Below, one piece after another: positions 9,647-19,686 of a stretch of 64,000 bases of DNA. The stretch's first letter is position 1; each line of letters opens with the position of its first letter. Origin of the DNA: Acidobacteriota bacterium (lineage in GTDB: Bacteria > Acidobacteriota > Vicinamibacteria > Vicinamibacterales > JAFNAJ01); contig JAHDVP010000027.1 of NCBI GenBank assembly GCA_023384575.1, positions 3,962 to 67,961 of the forward strand. Direction: 5' to 3'. The notes beneath the pieces were generated by a model, which saw only the letters and a program-made list of their open reading frames with translations, was not told where the DNA came from and searched no databases. A program made the position numbers and the translations under genes.

Positions 9647-9647
<1 letters not shown>

Positions 9648-11245
9648 CAGGCGTTCGGCCCGGCCGCCTTGACCTCCGGTCCGACCTCGTCCGCGTACTT
9701 CGCGAAGTTCTCGACGAACATCGCGGCCAGTTTCCGGGCCTGGGCATCGTACGCGGCCGGGTCGGCCCACGTGGCACGGGGCCTCAGCACTTCGGCCGGC
9801 ACGCCCGGGCACGACGCGGGCACTGCCAGGTTGAACACCGGGTCGGTGTCGTACGCGACGCCGGCCAGCGCCCCGGACAGCGCCGCGTTGATCATCGCCC
9901 GCGTGTGGGCGATCTTCATCCGGTGCCCCGTGCCGTAGGGCCCGCCGGTCCAGCCGGTGTTCACGAGCCACACGCTCGCCTGGTGCGTCGCGATTTTCTC
10001 GCCGAGGAACTTCGCGTAGACGTTCGGGTGGAGTGGGAGGAACGGCGCCCCGAAGCACGTGCTGAAGGTCGCCTTCGGCTCCGTCACGCCCTTCTCGGTG
10101 CCGGCGACCTTCGCGGTGTAGCCCGACAGGAAGTGGTACATCGCCCCCTCGGGCGTCAGCCTCGCAATGGGCGGCAGCACGCCGAACGCGTCGGCCGTCA
10201 GCATGACGATGTTCTTCGGGTGGCCACCCTGTCCCGTGGGCACCGCGTTGTCGATGAACCCGATCGGGTACGCGCCCCGCGTGTTCTCGGTATAGCTGTC
10301 GTTGTCGAGATCGAGGTGGCGCGAATCGCTGTCGATCCACACGTTCTCGAGCACCGTCCCGAACCGTCGCGTCGTCGCGTAGATCTGCGGTTCGGCCTCG
10401 GCCGACAGCTTGATCATCTTCGCGTAGCAGCCGCCCTCGAAGTTGAACACGCCCGCATCGCTCCAGCCGTGCTCGTCGTCGCCGATCAGCCGACGCTCCG
10501 GGTCGCTCGAGAGCGTCGTCTTGCCGGTGCCCGACAGCCCGAAGAACAGCGCCGTGTCGCCGCCGGGGCCGATGTTCGCCGAACAGTGCATCGGCATGAC
10601 GCCGCGCAGCGGCAGCAGGTAGTTCATCACCGTGAAGATCGACTTCTTGATCTCGCCGGCGTAGCTCGTGCCCCCGATCAGCACGAGCCGCTTGCTGAAG
10701 TTCACGAGGATGAAGACCTCGGAGTTCGTGCCGTGCTCTTCGGGGTCGGCGTGGAATCGCGGGACGTCGATGACGACGAACTCGGGAACGTGATGATGAC
10801 GGATGGCGACGTCGCGCTCGGGGATGAACATGTGGCGGGCGAACAGGCTGTGCCACGCCGTCTCCGTGATGATACGAATCGGCAGCCGGTAGGCCTGGTC
10901 GGCCCCTGCGTAACAATCCTGGACGAAGAGTTCCTTGCCCTCGAGGTACGAGAGCATCTGGTGATGGAGGCGGTCGAAGTGCTCCGGTGAGATCGGCCGG
11001 TTCACCGGACCCCACCAGACTTGCCCGGCCGTCTCGTCGTCGCGGACGACGAACTTGTCGTTCGGTGAGCGGCCGGTGTGGTGCCCGGTGCGGCACACGA
11101 GCGGACCCGCGTGCGCGACGAGCCCCTCGCGGCGGCGGATGGCCTCTTCGTACAGGGCCGGCGTCGTCAGCGTCCAGTACACCCGGGACACGTTGACGAT
11201 GCCGTGAGCGTCGAGGCCCACAACAGGGTGCACATCAGCAGTCAT
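9647..11245 (-). CDS. pckA: Phosphoenolpyruvate carboxykinase (ATP)
   Basis: GRSPNDKF, kinase-1a [29 protein letters not shown]. Start at ATG 11245, preceded by GAGGAG. The 28-codon upstream extension in the track begins with a TTG that is actually the -35 box. Confidence 0.95.
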
Positions 11246-11300
11246 CTGATTGCTCCTCGGGAAGGGTGCAGGACGCGTTCCGTGCGTGCCTACGGACGGC

Positions 11301-11329
11301 ATGCTACTTTGGCCCACCGTCGCCGTCAA
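11301..11329 (-). promoter_or_regulatory. Sigma-70-like promoter TTGACG-N17-TAGCAT for pckA
   Basis: The minus strand reads TTGACGgcgacggtgggccaaagTAGCAT (11329-11301), about 55 nt upstream of the pckA ATG. Confidence 0.45.
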
Positions 11330-11416
11330 ATGCCGGGCCGGCGGTCTTCGTGAGGGCGCGCGTGCCGCACGGGCCCGCCGGACTGGCGCCCGAGACGGCC
11401 ACCACGTGGCAGGCGA

Positions 11417-12487
11417 TCAGCTGGCGTCGATCGACGCGAGGACCGCGTCGACGACCGCCGGATCGAACTGCATGCCGGCCACGCGGCGCAACTCCGCGCG
11501 CGCGTCTTCGGGCGACCGGGCGGGCGCGAACCGTCGGGGGTGGATCATGGTGTCGTAGGCGTCGGCGACGCCAAGGATCCGGCTGCCGAGGGCGACATCG
11601 GCGCCGGCGAGGCCACGAGGATAGCCGGTGCCGTCCCAGCGCTCGAACGCGTCGCGCACCAGTGCGGCCGCCGGCGCGAGCGCCGGGATCCGAACGAGCA
11701 GGTCGTGAGCGTGCTGCGGCACCTCACGGACGAGATCGGCGTCCTCGGGCCTGAGCGGCCCCTCGCCGTGCAGCAGGGCGTCGGGGAGGGAGAGCTTGAT
11801 CACGTCGTGCACCAGACCCGCGACGTCGACCGCGTCGAGTCCCTCCGGGGCGAGGCCCAGCATCCGGCCCGCTCGCACCGCCAGGGCCGCCACCCGCCGT
11901 GAGTGCCCGAGCAAGGCAGGCTCGCGCACCGTGAGCAGCGCCAGCAGCGTGTCGATCGCCGCGCGCGATTCGAGGGGCACCGCCGCCATCGCCTGCGTCA
12001 GGTGCTCGCGTCGCAGGCGCGCCTCCTCGTGCAGGGCCTCCCGCGACCGCCTCGCCGCCGCGGTGCCCCGGTGCCACTCGAAGCCCCGCTCGACCGCCTC
12101 GCGCAGCCGGTCGCGTCCGAACGGCTTCATCAGGTAGTCGATCACGCCGTGGCGCAGGCTCGTCACCGCCGACCCGACGTCCTGCACGCCCGTGGCCATC
12201 ACGAGAGCCGTGGCCGGCGAGCGGCGTCGCAACTGCTCGGCAAGCCACAGCCCGTCGCGTCCCGGCATGCGGATGTCGCAGAGCGCAACGGCGACGGGCG
12301 TCGTGTCCGCGACGGCCAGCGCTTCCTCGGCACTGGCCGCGGGTACCACCCGGTAGCCGATCGCCCGGAGCCACCGGGTCATGAGGTCGCGAACGCCAGC
12401 CTCGTCGTCGACGACGAGGACGGCCCCGGGCGGGGCCTCCGCGTCGGCCGGATGCGCCGCCGGCACGCGAACCGCTTCGTCAGTCAT
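11417..12487 (-). CDS. Response regulator with HD-GYP domain (RpfG-like; metal-binding motif partly degenerate)
   Basis: REC domain (LVVDDE..ALCDIRMPGRDG..MATG..YLMKP), then an HD-GYP domain (GHSRRVAALA..GLVHDVIK..AFERWDGTGYPRGL..DAYDTM). Confidence 0.85.
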   Translation of the reverse strand: MTDEAVRVPAAHPADAEAPPGAVLVVDDEAGVRDLMTRWLRAIGYRVVPAASAEEALAVADTTPVAVALCDIRMPGRDGLWLAEQLRRRSPATALVMATGVQDVGSAVTSLRHGVIDYLMKPFGRDRLREAVERGFEWHRGTAAARRSREALHEEARLRREHLTQAMAAVPLESRAAIDTLLALLTVREPALLGHSRRVAALAVRAGRMLGLAPEGLDAVDVAGLVHDVIKLSLPDALLHGEGPLRPEDADLVREVPQHAHDLLVRIPALAPAAALVRDAFERWDGTGYPRGLAGADVALGSRILGVADAYDTMIHPRRFAPARSPEDARAELRRVAGMQFDPAVVDAVLASIDAS

Positions 12488-13975
<1,488 letters not shown>

Positions 13976-14179
13976 GCGTCTCACCTTTCTCGATCAGCAC
14001 CGCGCGCGGCCGGTCTCGCCCCGGGCGAGCCGCGTGCGGAAACGCTCACGGAGACCAAATCGGCAAGCACACGCGCGTTCATGAGCCAACCGTGCAGCGA
14101 CCCGGGCCTGATGCCGATATCCGGAGTGGGAGTCGGGCCTCGCCGAATCGAACCATGGCCTTCGACCCCGATCGCCGAC

Positions 14180-15220
14180 ATGCGTCCCCGCACCCTCTGC
14201 CGGCTCCTCCCGGCCGTGGCGATCGCCACGCTCGTCTCCGGGTGCGCCTCGACGGGTCCGGGCCCTCGACCGGCACCTCACCCGTCCCCCGGCCCGGCCC
14301 CAGCCGACGAGGCCGTCAGCGTGCGCCTCGGGCCGCCAGGGTCGCGCGCGGTGACACGCGTTCTGCTCGAGGCCTATGTCGAGGGTGTCGTCGCGGCGGA
14401 GCTCTCGGTGAGGCAGCTCCCGCCGGGCGCAGCACGCGCGATGCTCGAACTGCAGGCCGTTCTCGCGCGGACGTACGCGGTGGCCCATCGCGGACGCCAT
14501 GCGGCCGAGGGGTTCGACCTCTGCGCCGGCACTCATTGCCAGCTGTACCAGCCCGAACGGGTGCGCGCGGTCGCCGACGTGGTCGGTGCGGCGGTGGCGG
14601 CCACGCGGGGCCTGGTCCTGACCTACGAGGGCCGTCCGATCGTGGCGCTCTACCACGCCGACTGCGGCGGCCGCACGAGCACGGGCGAAGCCATCTGGGG
14701 CGGCACCGCGCTCCCCTACCTGCGAGGCGTCGACGATCGCTCCTGTCTCGCCCCCCCGCGGGTCTGGCGCTTCGAGGCGACCGCCGAAGCGCTCGCAGCC
14801 GCCCTCGCCCGCGAGGACGGGCTCGATGTGGGGGGCCGGCTCGACGCCATCGACATCCTCGAGACCGACGACGCGGGCCGTGTCACCGGGCTCGCGCTCG
14901 AGGGCTCGCGCAGCCGGCTGACGCGGGGCGAGGGTCTTCGCCGGGCCGTGATGGCCGCCTTCGGCCCCGACTCGATCCGCAGCCCCCGCTTCGCCGTGGC
15001 CCGTGACGGCCAGCGGTTCGTCTTCGAAGGGCGCGGCCTCGGTCACGGCGCCGGCCTCTGCCAGCGCGGCGCGCTCGCCCGACTCGCCGCCGGGTCGACC
15101 CTCGCCGACGTGCTCGGGCACTACTACCCCGGGACCCGTCTGAGCCCGTGGAGCTCACGAACCCGGGTCGCCGACGCCCGCGACGGAAGGCACCGGGCCG
15201 ACGTGAGGTCCGCTCCGTGA
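14180..15220 (+). CDS. SpoIID/LytB-domain lipoprotein (peptidoglycan-remodelling enzyme family)
   Basis: Lipoprotein signal MRPRTLCRLLPAVAIATLVSGC. SpoIID motifs LEAYVEGVVAAE, LQAVLARTYA, CAGTHCQLY, LYHADCGGRT and GHGAGLCQRGA. The track ORF 13802..15220 over-extends at its 5' end. Confidence 0.85.
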   Translation: MRPRTLCRLLPAVAIATLVSGCASTGPGPRPAPHPSPGPAPADEAVSVRLGPPGSRAVTRVLLEAYVEGVVAAELSVRQLPPGAARAMLELQAVLARTYAVAHRGRHAAEGFDLCAGTHCQLYQPERVRAVADVVGAAVAATRGLVLTYEGRPIVALYHADCGGRTSTGEAIWGGTALPYLRGVDDRSCLAPPRVWRFEATAEALAAALAREDGLDVGGRLDAIDILETDDAGRVTGLALEGSRSRLTRGEGLRRAVMAAFGPDSIRSPRFAVARDGQRFVFEGRGLGHGAGLCQRGALARLAAGSTLADVLGHYYPGTRLSPWSSRTRVADARDGRHRADVRSAP

Positions 15221-15227
15221 GGATGAG

Positions 15228-16706
15228 GTGGGTGACGCTCGGCCGGCCACTGCGCGCCCCGCGCGCGACGGGGTCGTCATGAGCGCGCGGGTGCTGGCCG
15301 CGACAGCCGGCGTGGCGGCGGGGCTGCTCGCCGTCGGCGTCCCCGGCATGTGGCTCGCCAGCCTCGCCGCAGCGGTGGTCCTGGTCGTAGGGACGTGGCT
15401 GGCCGCGGTGCGGTGGCACACCACCCGACTCGACGCCGCGACGGCCGCCCTCGAACGCGTGACCGCCGGAGACTTCGAGGCGCGAATCGCCCTTTCGGGC
15501 ACGCCCGCGCTCGGCGCGCTCGCCCGCGCGGTCAACCGGGTCGGGCACGCGTGCGCCCGTCGCGACGACGACCTCAACGACGCGCTCGAGGACGCGGCCC
15601 GTCAGCGCGATCTCTTCTACTCGATCATCAACGCGTCGAGCGACGGGTTGCTGCTCTACGACGCCGACCGGCGGCTGGTCGCGGCCAATCCCCGGTGCGG
15701 CGAGCTGCTCGGCTTCACGCTCGACGAGCTGCTGCATCGCGACCCGGTCTGGCTGCAGCTCAGTCTCCAGTCGCGGTGCGAGCACCCCGATCGCTACCAC
15801 GAGAGGCTCGACGCGCACTTCGCCAGCCCCGACCGGACGCATCAGGACCTGCTCGTCGTCTTCGCCCCGCGCCGGCGGGTGATTCGCCGCTTCTCGTCGC
15901 CCGTCGTCGTGCACCGGCGCGACGGTGGACGCGTGTTCACGTACACCGATGTCACCGCCGAGGCCGACATCGATCAGATGAAGAGCGAGTTCGTGTCGAT
16001 CGCGAGTCACGAGCTGCGAACGCCGCTGACCTCGGTCCACGGCGCGCTGCAGCTGGCGCTCACGGGCAGCGGTCACGTGATTGGCGACGAGGACCGGGAA
16101 CTGCTGGAGATCTCGCTCGCGAGCACCGAACGGCTCGTCCGGCTCGTCAACGACCTGCTCGACCTCTCGAAGATCGAGGCCGGCGGGATGCCCGTCTCGC
16201 GCGCGGCCGTGGAGGTCGAGCCACTCATCGGTGATGCCATTCGAGGCATGCAGGGTTTCCCGGCCAACCGGCAGGCACGCGTCGTCGCCACCGTCGCCCC
16301 GGACCTTCCGCGGGTGGTGGCCGACCGCGACCAGCTGCTCCGCGTGCTCACGAACCTCCTGAGCAACGCCCTCAAGTACTCTCCCAGGGAATCGGCCGTC
16401 GTGGTCGACGCCCGCGTGGTCGACGACGGCATCGCCATGTCGGTGACCGATCGCGGCCCGGGCATTCCGGCCGCGCACCTCGACCGCCTGTTCCGTCCGT
16501 TCTCCCGGGTCGGAGTCCACGAGCGCCAGTCGACGGGCGGGACGGGCCTCGGCCTCGCCATCACGCGCGCGATCGTCGAACAGCACGGCGGGCGGATCTG
16601 GGTCGAGCCCGTCGAGCCGGCAGGCAGTCGATTCGTCGTCGTCCTGCCGGCCCTCCCGGCCAGGAGCGCCGCGATCGACAGGCCGGAGGAAGCTGACGTG
16701 GCGTGA
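15228..16706 (+). CDS. Sensor histidine kinase (2 TM, HAMP, PAS, HisKA, HATPase_c)
   Basis: H-box FVSIASHELRTPLTS, N-box LTNLLSNALKYS, G-boxes DRGPGIP and GGTGLGLAI, and PAS (FYSIINASSDGLLLYDADRRLVAANP). The start is either the GTG at 15228 (GAGGA upstream) or the ATG at 15279. Confidence 0.9.
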   Translation: MGDARPATARPARDGVVMSARVLAATAGVAAGLLAVGVPGMWLASLAAAVVLVVGTWLAAVRWHTTRLDAATAALERVTAGDFEARIALSGTPALGALARAVNRVGHACARRDDDLNDALEDAARQRDLFYSIINASSDGLLLYDADRRLVAANPRCGELLGFTLDELLHRDPVWLQLSLQSRCEHPDRYHERLDAHFASPDRTHQDLLVVFAPRRRVIRRFSSPVVVHRRDGGRVFTYTDVTAEADIDQMKSEFVSIASHELRTPLTSVHGALQLALTGSGHVIGDEDRELLEISLASTERLVRLVNDLLDLSKIEAGGMPVSRAAVEVEPLIGDAIRGMQGFPANRQARVVATVAPDLPRVVADRDQLLRVLTNLLSNALKYSPRESAVVVDARVVDDGIAMSVTDRGPGIPAAHLDRLFRPFSRVGVHERQSTGGTGLGLAITRAIVEQHGGRIWVEPVEPAGSRFVVVLPALPARSAAIDRPEEADVA

Positions 16707-16708
16707 AT

Positions 16709-16729
16709 CGCCAGCGAGGACGGCTGGCG
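16709..16729 (+). terminator. Stem-loop directly after the kinase stop (7-bp stem, 7-nt loop, no U-tract)
   Basis: cgccagc-gaggacg-gctggcg, 3 nt after the TGA at 16704-16706. Lies between convergent genes. Confidence 0.3.
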
Positions 16730-16880
16730 TCCCGTGCCCGCCCTCGTTCGCGGCAGCAGCCGTGAGCCTTGAGCTGTCAGCGCCGAGCGAATGATCTCCT
16801 CCGATCCGGGGCGCCACGCGCAGCCCACGGCTCAACGCTCACGGCTGACGGGGACATCCAGGGCGCAACCCCTGGTCGGA

Positions 16881-17573
16881 TCAGAAGTGCCGAATCAGAT
16901 CCTCGAAGCGCTCGAGCACCAGCAAGCGCGGGTGTGGCGCCTCTGGCAACCGCTCGAGCTCGAGCGCCCACGTGGCCGCGTGCGGGATGAACACGGCCCC
17001 GAGCCCGACCGCCAGTGCGGGCAGGACGTCGGACTTCGGGCTGTTGCCCACCATCCAGGCGCCAGCGGGGTCGACCCGGTAGCGGTCGAGCACGTCACGA
17101 TAGGTGTCGGCGTCCTTCTCCTTGACGACCTCGACGGCGTCGAACATCGGCCCGAGTCCGGACCGCTCGACCTTGCTCGCCTGGTCGGCCGCGTCGCCCT
17201 TCGTGAGCACGATCAGGCGATGGCGTCGGCGGAGGGTCTCGAGGGTCGCTTCGACGCCGGGCAGCAGCGCCATGTCCTGCGCGGCGATGCTGGCGCACAG
17301 CGCGTCGACCTCGGCCAGTTCGTCGAGGCAATCGTCGCCGAGCAGCGATCGGCAGGCCTCGTTCAGCGACAGGTTGAAGTTGCGCAGCCCGTACCCATGG
17401 ACCCGCGTGCGCACGCGCTCGATGTCGAGCAGCGTCTGCCGGGCGGTCTCCGGTGGACAGCCGCGCGCTTCCAGGCGCCGGGCGTAGGCCTGGACGACCG
17501 CCTCGAAGTACACGTTGTTCTCCCAGAGCGTGTCATCGGCGTCCACGAAGATCGTCGACCCGTTGGCTGGCAT
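16881..17573 (-). CDS. HAD-superfamily hydrolase
   Basis: Motif I FVDADDTLW. Motif II/III context LTKGD..KEKD, then GNSPKSDV. 230 aa. Confidence 0.8.
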   Translation of the reverse strand: MPANGSTIFVDADDTLWENNVYFEAVVQAYARRLEARGCPPETARQTLLDIERVRTRVHGYGLRNFNLSLNEACRSLLGDDCLDELAEVDALCASIAAQDMALLPGVEATLETLRRRHRLIVLTKGDAADQASKVERSGLGPMFDAVEVVKEKDADTYRDVLDRYRVDPAGAWMVGNSPKSDVLPALAVGLGAVFIPHAATWALELERLPEAPHPRLLVLERFEDLIRHF

Positions 17574-17589
17574 CGGCCCGCGCTCCTCT

Positions 17590-18312
17590 TCACCAGCCCA
17601 TGGCGTAGACGACGATGTTGACGGCGAAGCGGGTGTTGTCGTCGCGCAGGAAGCGTTTGTTCCGCCAGTCGTAGTCCCACTCGCAGCCGTAGTCCTTGTT
17701 GCTGTAGAGGACGCCCACGCGGCCGCGGTGCTCGACCGCGCGCAGGTAGTCGTGGACGAGGTCGTCGCCCCAGCCGTTCAGCTCGTGCGAGGTCTGCGGC
17801 GGCCCGTCGGGAAACGGGAAGAAGGCGGTGTAGAGCGGGTGGCGCCCCGGCAGCTTCTCGAGCGTGCCGCGTCCGGGGAACATCAGCCGCATCTCCTGCT
17901 CGAACGATCGCGCGTACAGGCCGTTGATGTCGTGGTTGCAGTCGTCGGAGAACAGCAGGCCGCCCTGCTCGACGAACCGCACGAGGCGGTCGCGCTCCCG
18001 CCGGCTCCAGCGCACCAGCTTGTGGCCCGTCATGAAGAGAAACGGGAACGCCAGCAACTCGTCGGAGTCGGCCCCGATCACCACCTCCTCGCGGTACACG
18101 GGAATCGTGGTGTACTCGACGACTGAGTTCAGCACGTTGGCGGCGACCTTTGGGTTGTAGTCCCAATCGCCCGACTCGTACCGCAGGCGGGCGAACACGA
18201 ACTCCGAGGGACCCGGCCGGCGCTGGGCGAGAGCCCCGGCCGGTCGCCACGCGGAGGCGGCCAGGGCCGCAGCCGCCTCGAGGAGGCGTCGTCGTGCTGG
18301 ACGGAACGGCAT
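17590..18312 (-). CDS. DUF4159-like exported protein (Tat-type signal)
   Basis: N-terminal RRRLLEAAAALAASA. FARLRYESGDWDYNP..LAFPFLFMTGH..RFVEQGGLLFSDDC..HPLY match my recollection of DUF4159. Confidence 0.6.
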   Translation of the reverse strand: MPFRPARRRLLEAAAALAASAWRPAGALAQRRPGPSEFVFARLRYESGDWDYNPKVAANVLNSVVEYTTIPVYREEVVIGADSDELLAFPFLFMTGHKLVRWSRRERDRLVRFVEQGGLLFSDDCNHDINGLYARSFEQEMRLMFPGRGTLEKLPGRHPLYTAFFPFPDGPPQTSHELNGWGDDLVHDYLRAVEHRGRVGVLYSNKDYGCEWDYDWRNKRFLRDDNTRFAVNIVVYAMGW

Positions 18313-18340
18313 GCTCCTGGGGTATTCTACTCAGACGGTA

Positions 18341-18365
18341 AACGAACCGGGGAGACAGACGTAAG
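18341..18365 (+). promoter_or_regulatory. Possible ECF-type promoter (gtAAAC-N16-CGTAAG) upstream of the second ECF sigma gene
   Basis: AAC at 18341-18343 and CGTAAG at 18360-18365. The -10-like element ends only 2 nt before the annotated ATG (18368), so if it is real the true start may be the internal Met at 18446. Confidence 0.2.
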
Positions 18366-18367
18366 TC

Positions 18368-19024
18368 ATGACAGGGAGAGGGCATCAGGCGCCTCACCTC
18401 GACTGCCGTTCGACCCAGGAGGTCGCGGCCGAGGTGCGGGGGCTCATGGCGGCAGGCGAGGTCGAGGCCGCCCGCGAGCGCTACGGCACGATCGTCGACG
18501 CGCTCCAGCGGCGGGCGAACCGGCTCGCGCTCTACTACCTTCGCAACGTCGCCGATGCCGACGAAGCGGTGCAGGACGCCTTCGTGAAGGCGTACCTGCA
18601 TCTCGACTCGTACAACCCGGCGCTGTCGTTCGACGTCTGGTTCCTGCGCATCCTCGTGAACGGGTGCCTCGACCGTGTCAAGGCGCGAACGCGCCGGGCC
18701 CGTTGGATGCTCGCGCTCGGCGACCTCGGTCCACCGGGGACGTTCGACGAGCCCGACACGCCGTCGGACGAACCGACGCCGGAGGACGCGTTGCTTCGCA
18801 CCGAGCGTGCCGACGAGCTGGCTCTGGCCATCGCGACGCTGCCGGACCGGCAACGCACGGTGGTGCTCCTCAGTCAGCTCGACGGCCGGTCGACGCGCGA
18901 GGTCAGCCAGATCACCGGCCTCAACGAGTCGACGGTGCGCGTGCACCTGTTCCGCGCGCTGCGACGGCTGCGGGCGACGATAGGCCGCCCTGCGGAGGAC
19001 GTGGCGAGAGGATCTGACCGATGA
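18368..19024 (+). CDS. RNA polymerase sigma factor, ECF (sigma-70 family)
   Basis: Region 2 (ADADEAVQDAFVKAYLHLDSYNPALSFDVWFLRILVNGCLDRVK) and region 4 (RSTREVSQITGLNESTVRVHLFRALRRLR). Confidence 0.9.
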   Translation: MTGRGHQAPHLDCRSTQEVAAEVRGLMAAGEVEAARERYGTIVDALQRRANRLALYYLRNVADADEAVQDAFVKAYLHLDSYNPALSFDVWFLRILVNGCLDRVKARTRRARWMLALGDLGPPGTFDEPDTPSDEPTPEDALLRTERADELALAIATLPDRQRTVVLLSQLDGRSTREVSQITGLNESTVRVHLFRALRRLRATIGRPAEDVARGSDR

Positions 19025-19650
19025 CGGGCCGCTTCGATCCGGATCGGACCCTGGAAGCCCCCCACATGGCCGACGAGGCCCTGCTCGCCTGTGCGGTCGA
19101 CCGCGATCTCGCTCCGGTGGCCGACTGGCGGCACGTCGAGACGTGCGCGGTGTGCCGTGCCAGGGCCGATGCACTGGCCGACGAGTGTCTGGCGCTCTCC
19201 GTCGCGCTCGCCGCGGAGGCCGACGGCCGGCTGTCGGCTCCTCGTCTCGACCGGCAGGCGGCGAGCATCGGTCGCCGCCTCCGCGGCGCGGCGTTTCCGG
19301 CGCGCGTCCTCCGCTTTCCCTCGCCTTCGACGGTGCTCGACGCGGCGAAGGCCGCCAGACGGCGCTGGGTGGCGGCTGCGGCCGTTGCCGGTCTGTTCGT
19401 GGGCCTGGTCGCTGGCCGTCTCCTCGGCCCGTCGGTGCTCGGCACCTCGCCGGCCGACGAGTCCATGACGGCGGCCCCGACGCTCGTCGCCTCGTCGAGC
19501 ACTGGTGAGGTCGGGCTCTCGACGATGGCCCTGACGGACGAGGCGCTGCTCATCGAAGTCGACGCCGCCATGGTCGCGCCCAGAATCGAGCCGTTGGCCA
19601 CGCTCGACGCGATCACGCCCCGGGCGCACGAGTGGCCGCCGGGCTACTGA
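19021..19650 (+). CDS. Zinc-binding (ZAS-type) anti-sigma factor, single-pass membrane protein
   Basis: ATGA overlap with the sigma gene. H-x3-C-x2-C motif in WRHVETCAVCRAR. One TM helix (WVAAAAVAGLFVGLVAGRLL). Confidence 0.7.
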   Translation: MTGRFDPDRTLEAPHMADEALLACAVDRDLAPVADWRHVETCAVCRARADALADECLALSVALAAEADGRLSAPRLDRQAASIGRRLRGAAFPARVLRFPSPSTVLDAAKAARRRWVAAAAVAGLFVGLVAGRLLGPSVLGTSPADESMTAAPTLVASSSTGEVGLSTMALTDEALLIEVDAAMVAPRIEPLATLDAITPRAHEWPPGY

Positions 19651-19674
19651 CCCGGCGACGGCCGCGCCACCCGG

Positions 19675-19680
19675 TATAAT
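19675..19680 (+). promoter_or_regulatory. Perfect TATAAT hexamer 6 nt upstream of the ispH GTG (candidate leaderless promoter)
   Basis: ccggTATAATcgacgcGTG. The hexamer is at 19675-19680 and the start codon at 19687. No SD fits in the 6-nt gap. Confidence 0.35.
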
Positions 19681-19686
19681 CGACGC

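Noticed and set aside
11246-11329. A 28-codon N-terminal extension of pckA (TTG start at 11329), and the gatB ORF extension up to 11096.
   Set aside because: The TTG is the first base of a TTGACG-N17-TAGCAT promoter. ATG 11245 has a GAGGAG SD, and the PckA similarity begins there. The gatB extension is antisense to pckA.
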